From: Candidatus Binataceae bacterium | GTDB lineage: Bacteria > Desulfobacterota > Binatia > Binatales > Binataceae | Length of the DNA stretch: 64,000 nucleotides | Assembly (NCBI GenBank): GCA_035294265.1 | Contig: DATGLK010000095.1 | Span: forward strand, 64,326 to 128,325 | Direction of reading: 5' to 3' | Position numbers and translations under genes: made by a program | Part shown: positions 1 through 10,013 of the stretch, in pieces | Numbering within the stretch: the stretch's first letter is position 1 | How the letters are laid out: every line of letters starts with the position of its first letter | Notes under the pieces: model-generated | Databases searched by the model: none | The model's input: only the letters and a program-made list of their open reading frames with translations | What the model was told of the DNA's origin: nothing

Positions 1-368
1 CCACCGTGGCCTCGATTTCGTTGTTGGTGGGCGGGATTGGGATCATGAACATTTTGCTGGTTTCGGTCACTGAACGGACGCGCGAAATCGGGATTCGGAT
101 GGCAATTGGCGCGCGCCGCAGCCAAATCCTGATGCAGTTTTTGGTTGAAGCCTTGCTGTTGAGCGTGATCGGCGGCGTAGCGGGCATCGTGGCCGGGGTG
201 AGCGCCTCGCAAACCATTTCGGTAATCGCTGGGTGGCCGACCTTGGTGTCCTCCAGCGCGGTGCTCGGCGGATTCGTGTTTTCGGCCGCGATCGGAATCT
301 TTTTCGGCTACTATCCGGCGCGCAAGGCGGCCCTGCTCAACCCGATCGAAGCCTTGCGCTATGAGTAG
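1..368 (+). CDS. ABC transporter permease, C-terminal fragment (FtsX/MacB-like); gene begins upstream of window
   Basis: Translation of frame 6..368 shows the typical FtsX-family C-terminal TM region ([25 protein letters not shown]...GYYPARKAA); no start codon inside window. Confidence 0.7.
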   Translation, partial: TVASISLLVGGIGIMNILLVSVTERTREIGIRMAIGARRSQILMQFLVEALLLSVIGGVAGIVAGVSASQTISVIAGWPTLVSSSAVLGGFVFSAAIGIFFGYYPARKAALLNPIEALRYE

Positions 369-446
369 CCCGCCGCCCACGCCATCGACCGTTTGGTGGA
401 AAAGCGATATATAACGCGTAGCTCAAAGTTCGGGAGAAAGACCATC

Positions 447-950
447 ATGATATGCCCGGATCGAGTGGCACATGCGGTCCTCAAGGTGCGCAACCTGGAG
501 GTGACGCGCAAGTTCTATCACGACGTGCTCGGCCTGCAGGTGGTCAAGACCTACCCCGAGGAACACATGTTGTTCATGTCGTGCAACCCGCAGCGCGACC
601 ATCACGAGGTAGCGTTTTTGGAAATCGGGCAGGAGGCCAAGGGGCCGCGCGAGGACGAAATTGGGCTCTATCATCTGGCTTTCCGGCTGCAGGATTGGGC
701 CCACTTGCAACGTGCCTATGGCGAGTTGCGCGCCAAGCAAGTGCCGATCGTGGGCACGATCAATCACGGCATCACCCGCAGCGTCTACTTCAAGGATCCC
801 GACGGTCATACTTTGGAAGTCTATTGCGACAATCCGCGATGGCGCGACGTGATTAAGGTCAACCGCGCCGACCATCTCGCGGTCGAAGGACCCGAACCCG
901 ATCCTTTGGCGCCGCCGCCGGCGTGGGCGCACGAGGGCGTGGCCAAGTAA
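447..950 (+). CDS. VOC family protein (glyoxalase/bleomycin resistance/extradiol dioxygenase fold)
   Basis: ORF 393..950; likely start at ATG 447 (MICPDRVAHAVLKVRNLE...); paired beta-alpha-beta-beta-beta VOC-like motifs (HxxL..., HLAFRL, GHTLEV). Confidence 0.6.
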   Translation: MICPDRVAHAVLKVRNLEVTRKFYHDVLGLQVVKTYPEEHMLFMSCNPQRDHHEVAFLEIGQEAKGPREDEIGLYHLAFRLQDWAHLQRAYGELRAKQVPIVGTINHGITRSVYFKDPDGHTLEVYCDNPRWRDVIKVNRADHLAVEGPEPDPLAPPPAWAHEGVAK

Positions 951-1001
951 GGCTCGCCATCGGGTTCAGCGTAGAGCTTCAGCAGTTTTCGCGGACGATT
1001 C

Positions 1002-2699
1002 GTGGCAACGCATACCGGCACTCGCAGCGGCGCCGAGGTCCTGGTCGCGCAGCTCTTGATCCATGGCGTAGAGATCGGTTATGGCGTCCCGGGCGAGAGC
1101 TACTTGGCGGTGCTCGATGCGCTTTACGATGTTCGCGATAAGTTGCGCTTCATCGTGTGTCGCCAGGAAGGTGGCGCGGCCTACATGGCCGAAGCTTACG
1201 GCAAGCTAACCGGGCGGCCGGGAATCTGTTTCGTCACTCGCGGGCCGGGCGCCACCAACGCCAGCGTTGGCATCCATACCGCGCGCCAGGATTCCACCCC
1301 GCTGATTTTGTTCATCGGCCAGGTCGGGCGCGCTCAGGCCGGCCGCGAGGCCTTCCAGGAAATCGACTTCCGCCTGATGTACGCACCGATCGCAAAATGG
1401 GTGGCGCAGATCGACGACCCAGCGCGCATTCCCGAGCTGGTCGCGCGCGCCTTCAGCGTGGCGACCTCCGGACGGCCTGGTCCGGTAGTGCTGGCGCTGC
1501 CCGAGGACATGTTGCGCGAGCGGGTCAGTGTGGCCGATGCGGCACCCTATCGCGCCACGCAAGCCGCGCCCGATCCGGCCGATGTGGAGCATTTGCGCCA
1601 GATGCTAGCCCAGGCCCGGCGGCCCTTGATGCTGGTGGGCGGCAGTACCTGGAACAAGCCAGCAGTGGCCGACATTACTGCCTTCGCCGAAGACAATCGG
1701 CTGGCTACCGCGACCACTTTTCGCCGCCAGGATCATTTCGACAATCTTCATCCCTGTTACGCCGGCGATTTGGGCAACGGTGCCAATCCTCGGCTGGCGG
1801 CGGCCGTCAAGGAGGCAGATCTGATTGTCGCGGTCGGGACTCGGCTGGATGAGCTGAGCACGGCCAATTATACCCTGCTGCAAGCGCCGCGCCCGCACCA
1901 GAAACTGGTCCACGTGCACGCGGGTGCCGAAGAGCTGGGCAAGGTCTATCAGCCGGACTTGGCGATCAATTCTGGCATGGCACACTTCGCGCGAGCGTTG
2001 CGCCAACTAGCCCCGGTTGATTCCTCGGCCTGGGCCGAGTTTACCGCCGTGGCCCATCAAAATTACCTCGACTATACGGCCCCGGTTGGCAATCCGGGCG
2101 CGCTGCAGTTGGCCCCCCTCATCGCCTGGCTGCGTGAGCAGTTGCCCGCGGAGACGATCGTTGCCAACGGCGCTGGCAATTACACCGGCTGGATTCATCG
2201 TTTCTGGCATTATCGCGGCTTGGGCACTGAGCTGGCCCCGGTGAGCGGTTCGATGGGCTATGGAGTCCCGGCGGCGATCGCGGCCGCCTTGATCTATCCC
2301 CAGCGTCCGGTCTTGTCGTTTTCCGGCGATGGCTGCTTTCTGATGAACGGGCAGGAATTGGCGACCGCGATGCAATATGGCGCGGCTCCGATTTTCCTGG
2401 TCGTCAACAATGGGATGTACGGCACTATCCGGATGCATCAGGAGAGCCATTATCCGGGCCGGGTCAGCGCCACCGAGCTGCGCAATCCCGATTTTGTGGC
2501 GCTGGCGCGCGCCTACGGCTTGTATGCGGAACGGGTCGAGGACAACGCCGGGTTTGCGCCCGCTTTTGCACGGGCGCGCGCGCAGGGATGCGCGGCGCTG
2601 TTGGAGCTGCCGCTGGCTGGGGAAGCCATCACTTCGCGCACCACGCTTTCCCAGTTGCGCGCGGCCGCGCTGTCACACCAGCATGCGGCTGGCAAGTGA
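1002..2699 (+). CDS. Thiamine pyrophosphate-dependent enzyme (acetolactate synthase / benzoylformate decarboxylase-like)
   Basis: 565 aa; N-terminal TPP-PYR domain, central domain and C-terminal TPP-binding GDGxF...NN motif (SFSGDGCFLMNGQE...VVNNGMYG). Confidence 0.75.
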   Translation: MATHTGTRSGAEVLVAQLLIHGVEIGYGVPGESYLAVLDALYDVRDKLRFIVCRQEGGAAYMAEAYGKLTGRPGICFVTRGPGATNASVGIHTARQDSTPLILFIGQVGRAQAGREAFQEIDFRLMYAPIAKWVAQIDDPARIPELVARAFSVATSGRPGPVVLALPEDMLRERVSVADAAPYRATQAAPDPADVEHLRQMLAQARRPLMLVGGSTWNKPAVADITAFAEDNRLATATTFRRQDHFDNLHPCYAGDLGNGANPRLAAAVKEADLIVAVGTRLDELSTANYTLLQAPRPHQKLVHVHAGAEELGKVYQPDLAINSGMAHFARALRQLAPVDSSAWAEFTAVAHQNYLDYTAPVGNPGALQLAPLIAWLREQLPAETIVANGAGNYTGWIHRFWHYRGLGTELAPVSGSMGYGVPAAIAAALIYPQRPVLSFSGDGCFLMNGQELATAMQYGAAPIFLVVNNGMYGTIRMHQESHYPGRVSATELRNPDFVALARAYGLYAERVEDNAGFAPAFARARAQGCAALLELPLAGEAITSRTTLSQLRAAALSHQHAAGK

Positions 2700-2965
2700 A
2701 GTGACGCGACCCAAGAACGTGGCCGCCACGTTCGTCCGGGTATAACGCCCAATCCCTATCGGCAATAGGTGAGTGCTTGTTCTGTCTTTTCGCGAAGTGA
2801 AGCCTGCTAGTGTTGCGTCTCCCAAATAAGTGGAGCGCTTCGTTGCCGCAGAAACCGTTACCGGCTTGGGCTTAGTGGGGAGGGGCCGCCCGCGCGCCGG
2901 CAATTCGCCAAGCTGTCCGAGGAGACCGGCGTGCGCCGCGGGTCAGATACCTATCGGACGCGACG

Positions 2966-3919
2966 CTAGCCCGGATGGGGCTTACGCCAACGCGCCTTAA
3001 TCCGCCGCCACACGCCGGCGGCCGCTGGTGCCGAATCAGCCGTCTCGGCCAGGCCGGCGTGCAGATCGAACCAGCCGTCAACCGCCGGATCCAGCTTGGG
3101 ATTGCCCCAATAGGTGCTAATCGCGCGGGCGACCTCTTCGGCGCTCAGCCAGGGACCCACGCTCTCTTCGCCGAAGGGGCCGCTTGAGCCGAACTCGAAC
3201 TTGTAGCGTACGTACATGCCCTCGCGCGCCGGCCGCGGGCATCGCATCTTTCGCACTTGCGCCTGGTTGATGAACTTGAAGCGGCTGTAACTCAGCGATT
3301 GTAAATATTCCAGAGTCGACAGATGCGGGCTTTCCACCGACACGAAGCGGGGTTTGATGCGTGTGCTAGCCAGGCTTTCCAGGGCGATATCGTCGTACCC
3401 CTCGATGTCGATTTTAAGGTAGTAGGGCACGCCGTGGCGGTTGAGGATGCTGGCCAGAGTGACGGCGGGTACCTCGATGGTCTCGAAGCGGCCCTCGCGC
3501 ATGCCTAACTTCGGGTCCAGCGAACTCCATTCGCTGTGGGTTAGATTTATGTAAAAGGGCAAGGTCGCGGGCTGGCGCGCGATCGCGACATTGAGAACAA
3601 CCAGCCGCTGCTGGTCGATCTCGGAGCGAAAGCGCGCGGCACATTGCGCTACCAGCCGCGGATTGGCCTCGATCCCGACCACTTTGAAACCCTTCTTGAG
3701 ATAAAAGTCGGTGTCCTGCCCGGTGTGCATTCCGACGTCGAAAATCAGCCGCTCCTGCCGCTTGCGCTCGCCCGAAGCGGAGTCTTCCGCCGCCGCGTTT
3801 GTGGTCTCCGTCTCGATGTGCGGTTGTACGTCGGCGTGCTTCACATCGTTCCTCTGAGGCACAATCCTTATCCCGCGGCGACGCCAGGGTAAATCCCCGT
3901 GCCAGTACCCACCGCGCAA
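2966..3919 (-). CDS. FkbM family methyltransferase
   Basis: 317 aa; LIFDVGMHTGQDTDFY...VVGIEANP matches FkbM SAM-binding N-terminus; start may be an internal Met. Confidence 0.55.
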   Translation of the reverse strand: MRGGYWHGDLPWRRRGIRIVPQRNDVKHADVQPHIETETTNAAAEDSASGERKRQERLIFDVGMHTGQDTDFYLKKGFKVVGIEANPRLVAQCAARFRSEIDQQRLVVLNVAIARQPATLPFYINLTHSEWSSLDPKLGMREGRFETIEVPAVTLASILNRHGVPYYLKIDIEGYDDIALESLASTRIKPRFVSVESPHLSTLEYLQSLSYSRFKFINQAQVRKMRCPRPAREGMYVRYKFEFGSSGPFGEESVGPWLSAEEVARAISTYWGNPKLDPAVDGWFDLHAGLAETADSAPAAAGVWRRIKARWRKPHPG

Positions 3920-4070
3920 ATGGCAGGAAGCAGTGGCGCGAGCGGCCCTGTAAAGGTCGCTGAACGCTCGCGACTGGCGCTTGCTACTAAGCCAGTGTTA
4001 TTGAGGGATGACGCCGGGCAAACCGCAATGCCCTGTTAGCCAACACATTTAACCGAGGAAGGTTGCGACC

Positions 4071-4784
4071 ATGCCCTACGAATTGTACTACTGGCCTTTG
4101 ATCCAGGGGCGGGGAGAATTTGTGCGCCTGGCATTGGAAGAGGTTGCGGTCGAGTATATCGATGTCGCGCGCGATGAGCGCCATGGCGGGGTTGCCGCGC
4201 TGACGCGCTTGCTCAACGGTAGCGAGGCTGGCCATCCGCCTTTTGCGCCACCCTTTCTCAAGGCTGGGCGACTGCTAATCGGGCAGACCGCTAACATCTT
4301 GATGTTCGTGGGCGCTCGCCACGGTTTGGCGCCGGCAACCGAGGCCGGCCGGCTGTGGGTCAATCAGCTTCAACTGACCATGTCAGACCTGCTGGTGGAG
4401 GTCCACGATACTCACCATCCGATCGGCTCCAGCCTGTATTACGAGGATCAGAAGCCCGAAGCCGCGCGCCGTGCCGAGGTTTTCCTGAAACTGCGCCTGC
4501 CCAAGCATCTGGGCTACTACGAGCGGGTGTTGGAGCGCCAAGGGCGCTGGCTTGCCGGGAGCAAGCCCAGTTACGCCGACCTGTCGCTGTTTCAAATCGT
4601 GGAAGGGCTCAAGTTCGCCTTTCCCCGCGCGATGGAGCGGCAGGGCAAACGGTACTCGCGGTTGCTCGACCTGCATCAACGGGTTGCTCAGCGTCCGCGG
4701 ATCGCCGCCTACCTGGCTTCCGAGCGCCGTATTCCGTTCAACAATCAAGGGATCTTTCGCCATTACCCGGAACTTGACGGGTAA
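4071..4784 (+). CDS. Glutathione S-transferase family protein
   Basis: 237 aa; N-terminal thioredoxin-like GST domain (YELYYWPLIQGRGEFVRLALEE) and C-terminal alpha-helical domain. Confidence 0.7.
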   Translation: MPYELYYWPLIQGRGEFVRLALEEVAVEYIDVARDERHGGVAALTRLLNGSEAGHPPFAPPFLKAGRLLIGQTANILMFVGARHGLAPATEAGRLWVNQLQLTMSDLLVEVHDTHHPIGSSLYYEDQKPEAARRAEVFLKLRLPKHLGYYERVLERQGRWLAGSKPSYADLSLFQIVEGLKFAFPRAMERQGKRYSRLLDLHQRVAQRPRIAAYLASERRIPFNNQGIFRHYPELDG

Positions 4785-4821
4785 GGTCAAAGTTTCGGCC
4801 CGTGCCGATGGAGCAGATCAA

Positions 4822-5589
4822 ATGGGAAGACTGAGTGGTCGAGTGGCAATCGTAACCGGAGCCGGCAGCCTGGAGGGGCTGGGCGCAACTTATGCGCTCG
4901 CATTGGCGGCCGAAGGGGCGCGTCTGAGCGTAAGCGACATCGTCGATCCGGCGCCGGTGGTGGATGCGATAAAGCGGGCGGGAGGTGAGGCGATCGGGAT
5001 GCAGGTGGACGTAACCGACGCCGCCGCGGTTGCTGAAATGGTGCGCCGGACCGTGGCTGCCTTCAGCGCCATCCAGGTATTGGTCAACAATGCCGCACGG
5101 CTAGGAGGTCCGGACACGCCCAAGCCGCTGAGCGACATCACTTCGGAGCAATGGGACCGGATGATGGCGGTCAATACGCGCGGACCGTTCGAATGCATCA
5201 AGGCGGTGTTGCCGGTGATGCGCCGCCAGCATTACGGCAAGATCATCAATATTGCCTCCAGCACTTTCTTCAGCGCCCCCCCGGGCGAGTTGCATTATGT
5301 GGCCTCCAAGGGTGCTGTGATCGCGTTGACCCGGGCGGCGGCGCGCGAGTTGGGAGGCGAGGGGATCGCGGTCAACTGCGTGGCGCCCGGGCTTACCCTC
5401 AGCGGTAACATTCGCAGCCGATTAGAAGCGATGAGCGAGGCACGGGCACGTAATCTGCGCGATCGCGCCTTCAAGCGCGATCAGGTGCCGGAGGATCTGG
5501 TCGGCACGGTGATTTTTCTGGCCTCGGCTGACAGCGACTTCATTACCGGCCAGACCATCCTGGTCGATGGCGGCGCCATGATGCATTAA
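4822..5589 (+). CDS. SDR family oxidoreductase (short-chain dehydrogenase)
   Basis: Start at ATG 4822 (MGRLSGRVAIVTGAGSLEGLG, Rossmann TGxxxGxG); catalytic Y-x3-K (YVASKGAV); ORF track extends upstream in-frame to 4552 without SDR similarity. Confidence 0.75.
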   Translation: MGRLSGRVAIVTGAGSLEGLGATYALALAAEGARLSVSDIVDPAPVVDAIKRAGGEAIGMQVDVTDAAAVAEMVRRTVAAFSAIQVLVNNAARLGGPDTPKPLSDITSEQWDRMMAVNTRGPFECIKAVLPVMRRQHYGKIINIASSTFFSAPPGELHYVASKGAVIALTRAAARELGGEGIAVNCVAPGLTLSGNIRSRLEAMSEARARNLRDRAFKRDQVPEDLVGTVIFLASADSDFITGQTILVDGGAMMH

Positions 5590-5694
5590 CCCCGGGTAGC
5601 AGGCCCTTTTTGGCCCTCAGCCAAGATAAGCGTCAGGAAGCGCGCCAAGCGAAACGGCCCAGGATTGTCTGGCCGCTCGCGCCGTAGCCTGTTT

Positions 5695-6801
5695 TCAGGA
5701 GCCCTGCCCGAGAAGCAGTTGAGCGCCCTCCCAAAGCTCGCGCGCGACCTCACTGGCTGGTCGCGCGAGCGCCCGGGCGGCCGACTGCCCGGCCCACGCC
5801 TGCATCCTGTCGATATCGTTGTTCCTGATTGCCAAATCACGCATCGCTTGCGTCAAGCCGCGCTGAACCGGATAAGGGGCCGGTCGCGGCGCACCCGGCG
5901 CCGCGGCCGCACGCACATAGGCCGTTGCGATGCTGCGTCCGGCGCGGCCGGAGAAGGCTCGCGTGACCAACGTTTGTTCTGGTAGCGTCCTTCCGAGGGC
6001 ATCTGCCCACACCGGCGGCAGCTTCGCTTCCGGACAGCGCAAGAAGCCGGTACCAATCTGGACCGCTGACGCACCTAGGAGGAGAGCTGCCGCGACCCCC
6101 CGGGCGTCCGCGATGCCGCCGGCGGCGATGACTGGCACGCTGACCGCATCAACCACTGCCGGCAATAGCGAAAAAAGTCCCACCATCGCGGCTTCGGCTT
6201 GAGCGCTCTCAAAGGCGCCTCGATGGCCGCCAGCCTCCATACCTTGCGCGACGATCGCATCGGCGCCGGCGGCTTCGGCAATTTTAGCTTCGGTCACGGT
6301 GGTCACAGTGGCAAACCACTTGATCCCTCGCGATTTCATCCTTTGCACGAAGCTGGGTGGATAAAGGCCCATGATCGAGGAAATAACCGCCGGCGCGACT
6401 TCGAGCATCGCCTCACACTGGGCGGCGAAATCCGGCAGCTCGGTATTGCCGGCGGCCGGGGCCACCTCGGGGCCCCAATCGCGCAGAAAAGCGCGGACCG
6501 CGTCCTCGGCGGCGCTCTCACGCGTCGGGGCCGGGTCGGGGATCCACAGATTGAGTTGGAAGGGGCCGCGGCTGCCGGCCCTGGTTTCCGCTACCCAGCG
6601 TTCGATCGCCGCCGGCGCCATTGTCAGCGCACCGCAAGCGCCCATGCCACCGGCGTCGGCAACCGCGATTGACAGCGACGGTGGGCAGGCCGAAGCCATC
6701 GGCGCCAGCAGGATGGGGATGCGAAGATTGTTGGCAGAGCAAAACTCGTTCGCGCGAATGATCGCAGAATGAAGCGTGGGCATGACCGTAATCTCCTTCA
6801 A
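5695..6801 (-). CDS. Nitronate monooxygenase (2-nitropropane dioxygenase, NMO family)
   Basis: 368 aa; PILLAPMASA...GGMGACGAL and AQGMEAGGHRG...IAAGGIADARG are NMO/FMN TIM-barrel motifs. Confidence 0.7.
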   Translation of the reverse strand: MKEITVMPTLHSAIIRANEFCSANNLRIPILLAPMASACPPSLSIAVADAGGMGACGALTMAPAAIERWVAETRAGSRGPFQLNLWIPDPAPTRESAAEDAVRAFLRDWGPEVAPAAGNTELPDFAAQCEAMLEVAPAVISSIMGLYPPSFVQRMKSRGIKWFATVTTVTEAKIAEAAGADAIVAQGMEAGGHRGAFESAQAEAAMVGLFSLLPAVVDAVSVPVIAAGGIADARGVAAALLLGASAVQIGTGFLRCPEAKLPPVWADALGRTLPEQTLVTRAFSGRAGRSIATAYVRAAAAPGAPRPAPYPVQRGLTQAMRDLAIRNNDIDRMQAWAGQSAARALARPASEVARELWEGAQLLLGQGS

Positions 6802-6997
6802 GCAGGCTAGTGTCCTTCAAAGCGGCGAGCTACCGATAGGGGCAATCCAGGGCGACGCCTTCGGTGCTTCGGAGATGAGCCGGTGGGCGAGGGGCAGTGG
6901 GTTGTTCTACCGGCGCGCTTTGTTTAAAACAGATTAGCCCCGCAAACCGCGTGGGCAATCCTTTGGGTGCGACAAAGCGCACGAGGACGGTTGTGGG

Positions 6998-7828
6998 ATG
7001 AAAATCGTCAGCCTGAGCGCGGCAGTTTTCGCGCTGCTGGTCTGCCTAGCCCCTTATGCGGCGCAAGCCGACAACAGCAGCGTGAGCGACCAAATTGCTG
7101 CCGATGGCCGGTTCGTCGTCAACAAGGCGGTCAACGACAGTTACGATTTCTTCACCGCGCCGGTGTTGTTGGGGCAGGCGCTGCGCACTCCGGTCTTTTA
7201 TTACACGCTGCTAGGCGCGGGCGCCGCGTTGGGGACCGGCTTTGCCCTAGACAACACGGTGTATGGCCATTTTCGTGGGATGTCTTCCGGCGTTGGCACC
7301 GTTTTGGAGGACGTCCCTACTTTCGGCATGCTCGGGGTGACGGCGGCAACCTACGGCTGGGGGCTTTACACTGACAACCAGCGCACCCGCCAATTCATGA
7401 TTACGACCAGCGAAGGGGCGGCGGTGGGCGCGGCCTTCACCTTTGCCTTCAAATACGGCTTCGCGCGCGCCCGTCCTTATCGCGGCAATGGGCGCTGGGC
7501 ATTTTGGGACAACGGCGAGTCCTTTGTCTCTGGCCATGCCACTCCGGCTTTCGCCCTGGCCTGCGGCTTGAGCGAATACGCCGACAATAACTGGATGGTG
7601 GCGATTCCCGCCTACGGCGCCGCCACTGCGGTGGGGGTGGGCCGGATCGGCACCGGCGCCCACTGGCTGTCCGACGTCGTGGGTTCGGCGCTGCTGGGGA
7701 TCGGCTCGACCGAGATGGTGCTGTATTTCCATAAACAGCAACAGGAGCATCCCGCCTCCTGGCAGATCTTCTCCGCCAGCGGCCCCTCGGGTCAGGGCGG
7801 CGGGGCAGGCGTCTCGTACGACTGGTAG
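6998..7828 (+). CDS. PAP2 superfamily phosphatase, secreted
   Basis: Signal peptide MKIVSLSAAVFALLVCLAPYAAQA; PAP2 motifs KxxxxxxRP (FARARPYRG), SGH (SGHAT), and R..H..D (GRIGTGAHWLSD). Confidence 0.6.
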   Translation: MKIVSLSAAVFALLVCLAPYAAQADNSSVSDQIAADGRFVVNKAVNDSYDFFTAPVLLGQALRTPVFYYTLLGAGAALGTGFALDNTVYGHFRGMSSGVGTVLEDVPTFGMLGVTAATYGWGLYTDNQRTRQFMITTSEGAAVGAAFTFAFKYGFARARPYRGNGRWAFWDNGESFVSGHATPAFALACGLSEYADNNWMVAIPAYGAATAVGVGRIGTGAHWLSDVVGSALLGIGSTEMVLYFHKQQQEHPASWQIFSASGPSGQGGGAGVSYDW

Positions 7829-7918
7829 GTAAGCGCCGTGCCGCGCCAGCCACTTTTGTTGGCCCCGCAACTGAACTAGCGTCAGGTTTGGGCGATTTTT
7901 GGCGCCCAGGAGATTGGT

Positions 7919-8722
7919 ATGCCACTGGTCCAGGCTGGTTCCATAAAATTGCATTACGAAACCTACGGCACGGGCGAACCGTTGCTGTTGCTGATGGGCT
8001 ACGGGATGCCCGGCGCGGCGTGGACGCCAATCCTGCCCTTTCTGTCCGGCTTCCAATGCATATTCTTCGATAACCGTGGCACCGGCACTTCCGAGCGCCC
8101 CAGCGGTCCCTACTCAGTGGCCTCGATGGCCGAGGATGCCAGCAATTTGCTCCAGGCGCTGGGGATTGGCGCCGCCCACATCTATGGCATCTCGATGGGT
8201 GGCATGATTGCGCAACAATTGGCCCTCGACCATCCCGCGCAGGTCAAGAAGCTGATCCTGGGCTGCACCTGGTGTGGAGGAGTTCACGCGGTGCGGCCGC
8301 CCGAGCAGGTACTGATGGACTTGCTGGCCGGGACCAAGCTTGCCGCCAGCGCCCCCGAGCGGGCCTTGGATATCCTGCTGCCGCTGCTCTATCCCGCGCC
8401 TTTTCTTGCCGCCCATCCCGAGCTCAAGCCGATGCTTTTGCTGGCGCTGGCCGCGGTGCCGGCGATCACCCCGGAGGTTGCCGAGAAGACCCTGCTCAGC
8501 GTGGCTGAATTCGAAAGTTACGAGCGCCTGCCGCAAATTTCCTGCCCTGTGATGATCATTCATGGCGACCAAGACCAGGTGATTCCGCCCGCCAACGCGC
8601 AAGTGCTCAAGCAACGCTTACCCCAAGCCGAGCTGTGGATAATCCCCGGCGCCGGCCATGCCTTTGCCGGCTTCGACCCGGTCGGGATCCATCAGCGTAT
8701 CGTTGCTTGGCTGCGCTCCTGA
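7919..8722 (+). CDS. Alpha/beta hydrolase fold protein
   Basis: 267 aa; nucleophile elbow G-x-S-x-G (GISMGG), HGDQD, C-terminal His (GAGHAF). Confidence 0.7.
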   Translation: MPLVQAGSIKLHYETYGTGEPLLLLMGYGMPGAAWTPILPFLSGFQCIFFDNRGTGTSERPSGPYSVASMAEDASNLLQALGIGAAHIYGISMGGMIAQQLALDHPAQVKKLILGCTWCGGVHAVRPPEQVLMDLLAGTKLAASAPERALDILLPLLYPAPFLAAHPELKPMLLLALAAVPAITPEVAEKTLLSVAEFESYERLPQISCPVMIIHGDQDQVIPPANAQVLKQRLPQAELWIIPGAGHAFAGFDPVGIHQRIVAWLRS

Positions 8723-8792
8723 CCTGCCGGCGCGGTTCCTTGCGCGTTCAACCGCGCTGGCCGCGAGACCTTGAAATCGCTGGAGCGGTCAA

Positions 8793-9830
8793 ATGATCTT
8801 TCGCGAACTCAATTGGGGTAAGTGCAAAACCTATCTGGCGATCTCGGAAGCAAGCCGCAAGGCCGCCGTCATCGATCCTTTGCATGACAAGATCGAGCGC
8901 TATCTCGCGGTCCTCGCCTATCACAGATGGTGCTTGGAGGCGATCGTCGACACCCACACTCACGCCGATCATCGCAGCGGCGCGTTGGTGTTGGGCGAAC
9001 TGGCCGGTGCGCCGGTCGTGATGCATCGTCTGGCGCCCGCTCCGCACGTCAGTATCCATGTCGAAGACGGTCAGGCGCTGAAAGTGGGCAACGAGGAACT
9101 CCGTGTCCTCCATACCCCGGGCCACACCCCGGATTCGATAAGCCTGCTTGCGAAGGACCGCGTCTTCACCGGCGATGTTCTGTTCATCCATGGGACCGGA
9201 CGCTCCGATTTCGCGGGCGGCGAGGCAGGCATTCAGTACGATTCAATAATGCGCAAGCTGTTCACGCTTCCCGACGAGACGCTGGTTTACCCTGCGCACG
9301 ACTATCGCGGACACACCCATTCAACCATCGGCGAGGAGAAGCGCTCCAATCCGCGCCTGGCGGGCAGATCCCGCGAGGAATACATCGACCTGATGAACAA
9401 CCTCGGCTTGCCGTTGCCCGAGGGCATCCAGGAGGCGCTGCAACCCAACCAATCCGACATCGACGCGGGCGCGCTCAAGTTTCCCACGCTGGCGCAACTC
9501 AACCAGGTGCGCCAGCTGAGCGCCGCCGAGTTGCACGTGCGGCTCGCCAGTGCCACTCCGCCGATATTAATCGATATTCGCGAAGAAGATGAGTATCGCG
9601 GAGAGCTGGGTCATATCGCGGGTGCCCATCTAATCCCGCTGAAGCAACTGCCCGAGCGGGTCGATGAGTTTGGGTATGCCAAGGGCCGCGACATCGTCGC
9701 GATCTGCCGCGTTGGGGTCCGAAGCGCCACCGCCGCTGCGATCCTCACCGGATTGGGCTTCGAGCACGTCTGGAATCTGAAAGGCGGCATGATCGAATGG
9801 GCCGATGCGCGGCTTCCGGTCGAGCGATGA
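8793..9830 (+). CDS. Persulfide dioxygenase (ETHE1-like MBL fold) fused to C-terminal rhodanese domain
   Basis: N-terminal metallo-beta-lactamase motif THTHADH...HTPGHTPDS...AHDY typical of sulfur/persulfide dioxygenases; C-terminal rhodanese with active-site CRVGVRS. Confidence 0.75.
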   Translation: MIFRELNWGKCKTYLAISEASRKAAVIDPLHDKIERYLAVLAYHRWCLEAIVDTHTHADHRSGALVLGELAGAPVVMHRLAPAPHVSIHVEDGQALKVGNEELRVLHTPGHTPDSISLLAKDRVFTGDVLFIHGTGRSDFAGGEAGIQYDSIMRKLFTLPDETLVYPAHDYRGHTHSTIGEEKRSNPRLAGRSREEYIDLMNNLGLPLPEGIQEALQPNQSDIDAGALKFPTLAQLNQVRQLSAAELHVRLASATPPILIDIREEDEYRGELGHIAGAHLIPLKQLPERVDEFGYAKGRDIVAICRVGVRSATAAAILTGLGFEHVWNLKGGMIEWADARLPVER

Positions 9831-10013
9831 TCCCGCTCGCTCAAGATCCGGGGCGGCGTGACCTCCTCTCGGCCAGTTTTGCGCGAGTGCGAGGAGAACT
9901 CAGGCGCGCGCTGGCGCGGTGATGGCGGGGAAGCGCAGCGTTGACAGGTTTTCAGGCTCGCTTGTACAGTCAATTGCGCTAAATCTACGGTTGCGGTCGG
10001 CCGGGGGTCTTAA

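Noticed and set aside
1157-1852. 231-aa Arg/Gly-rich ORF inside the TPP-enzyme gene (alternative frame), and similar long out-of-frame or antisense ORFs throughout (e.g. 7247..8056, 8927..9592, 10395..11621, 22649..23359, 29199..29978, 40988..41812, 62176..63285)
   Set aside because: Typical high-GC artefacts: Arg/Ala/Gly/Pro-rich, no domain similarity, fully overlapped by ORFs with clear homology and proper codon usage
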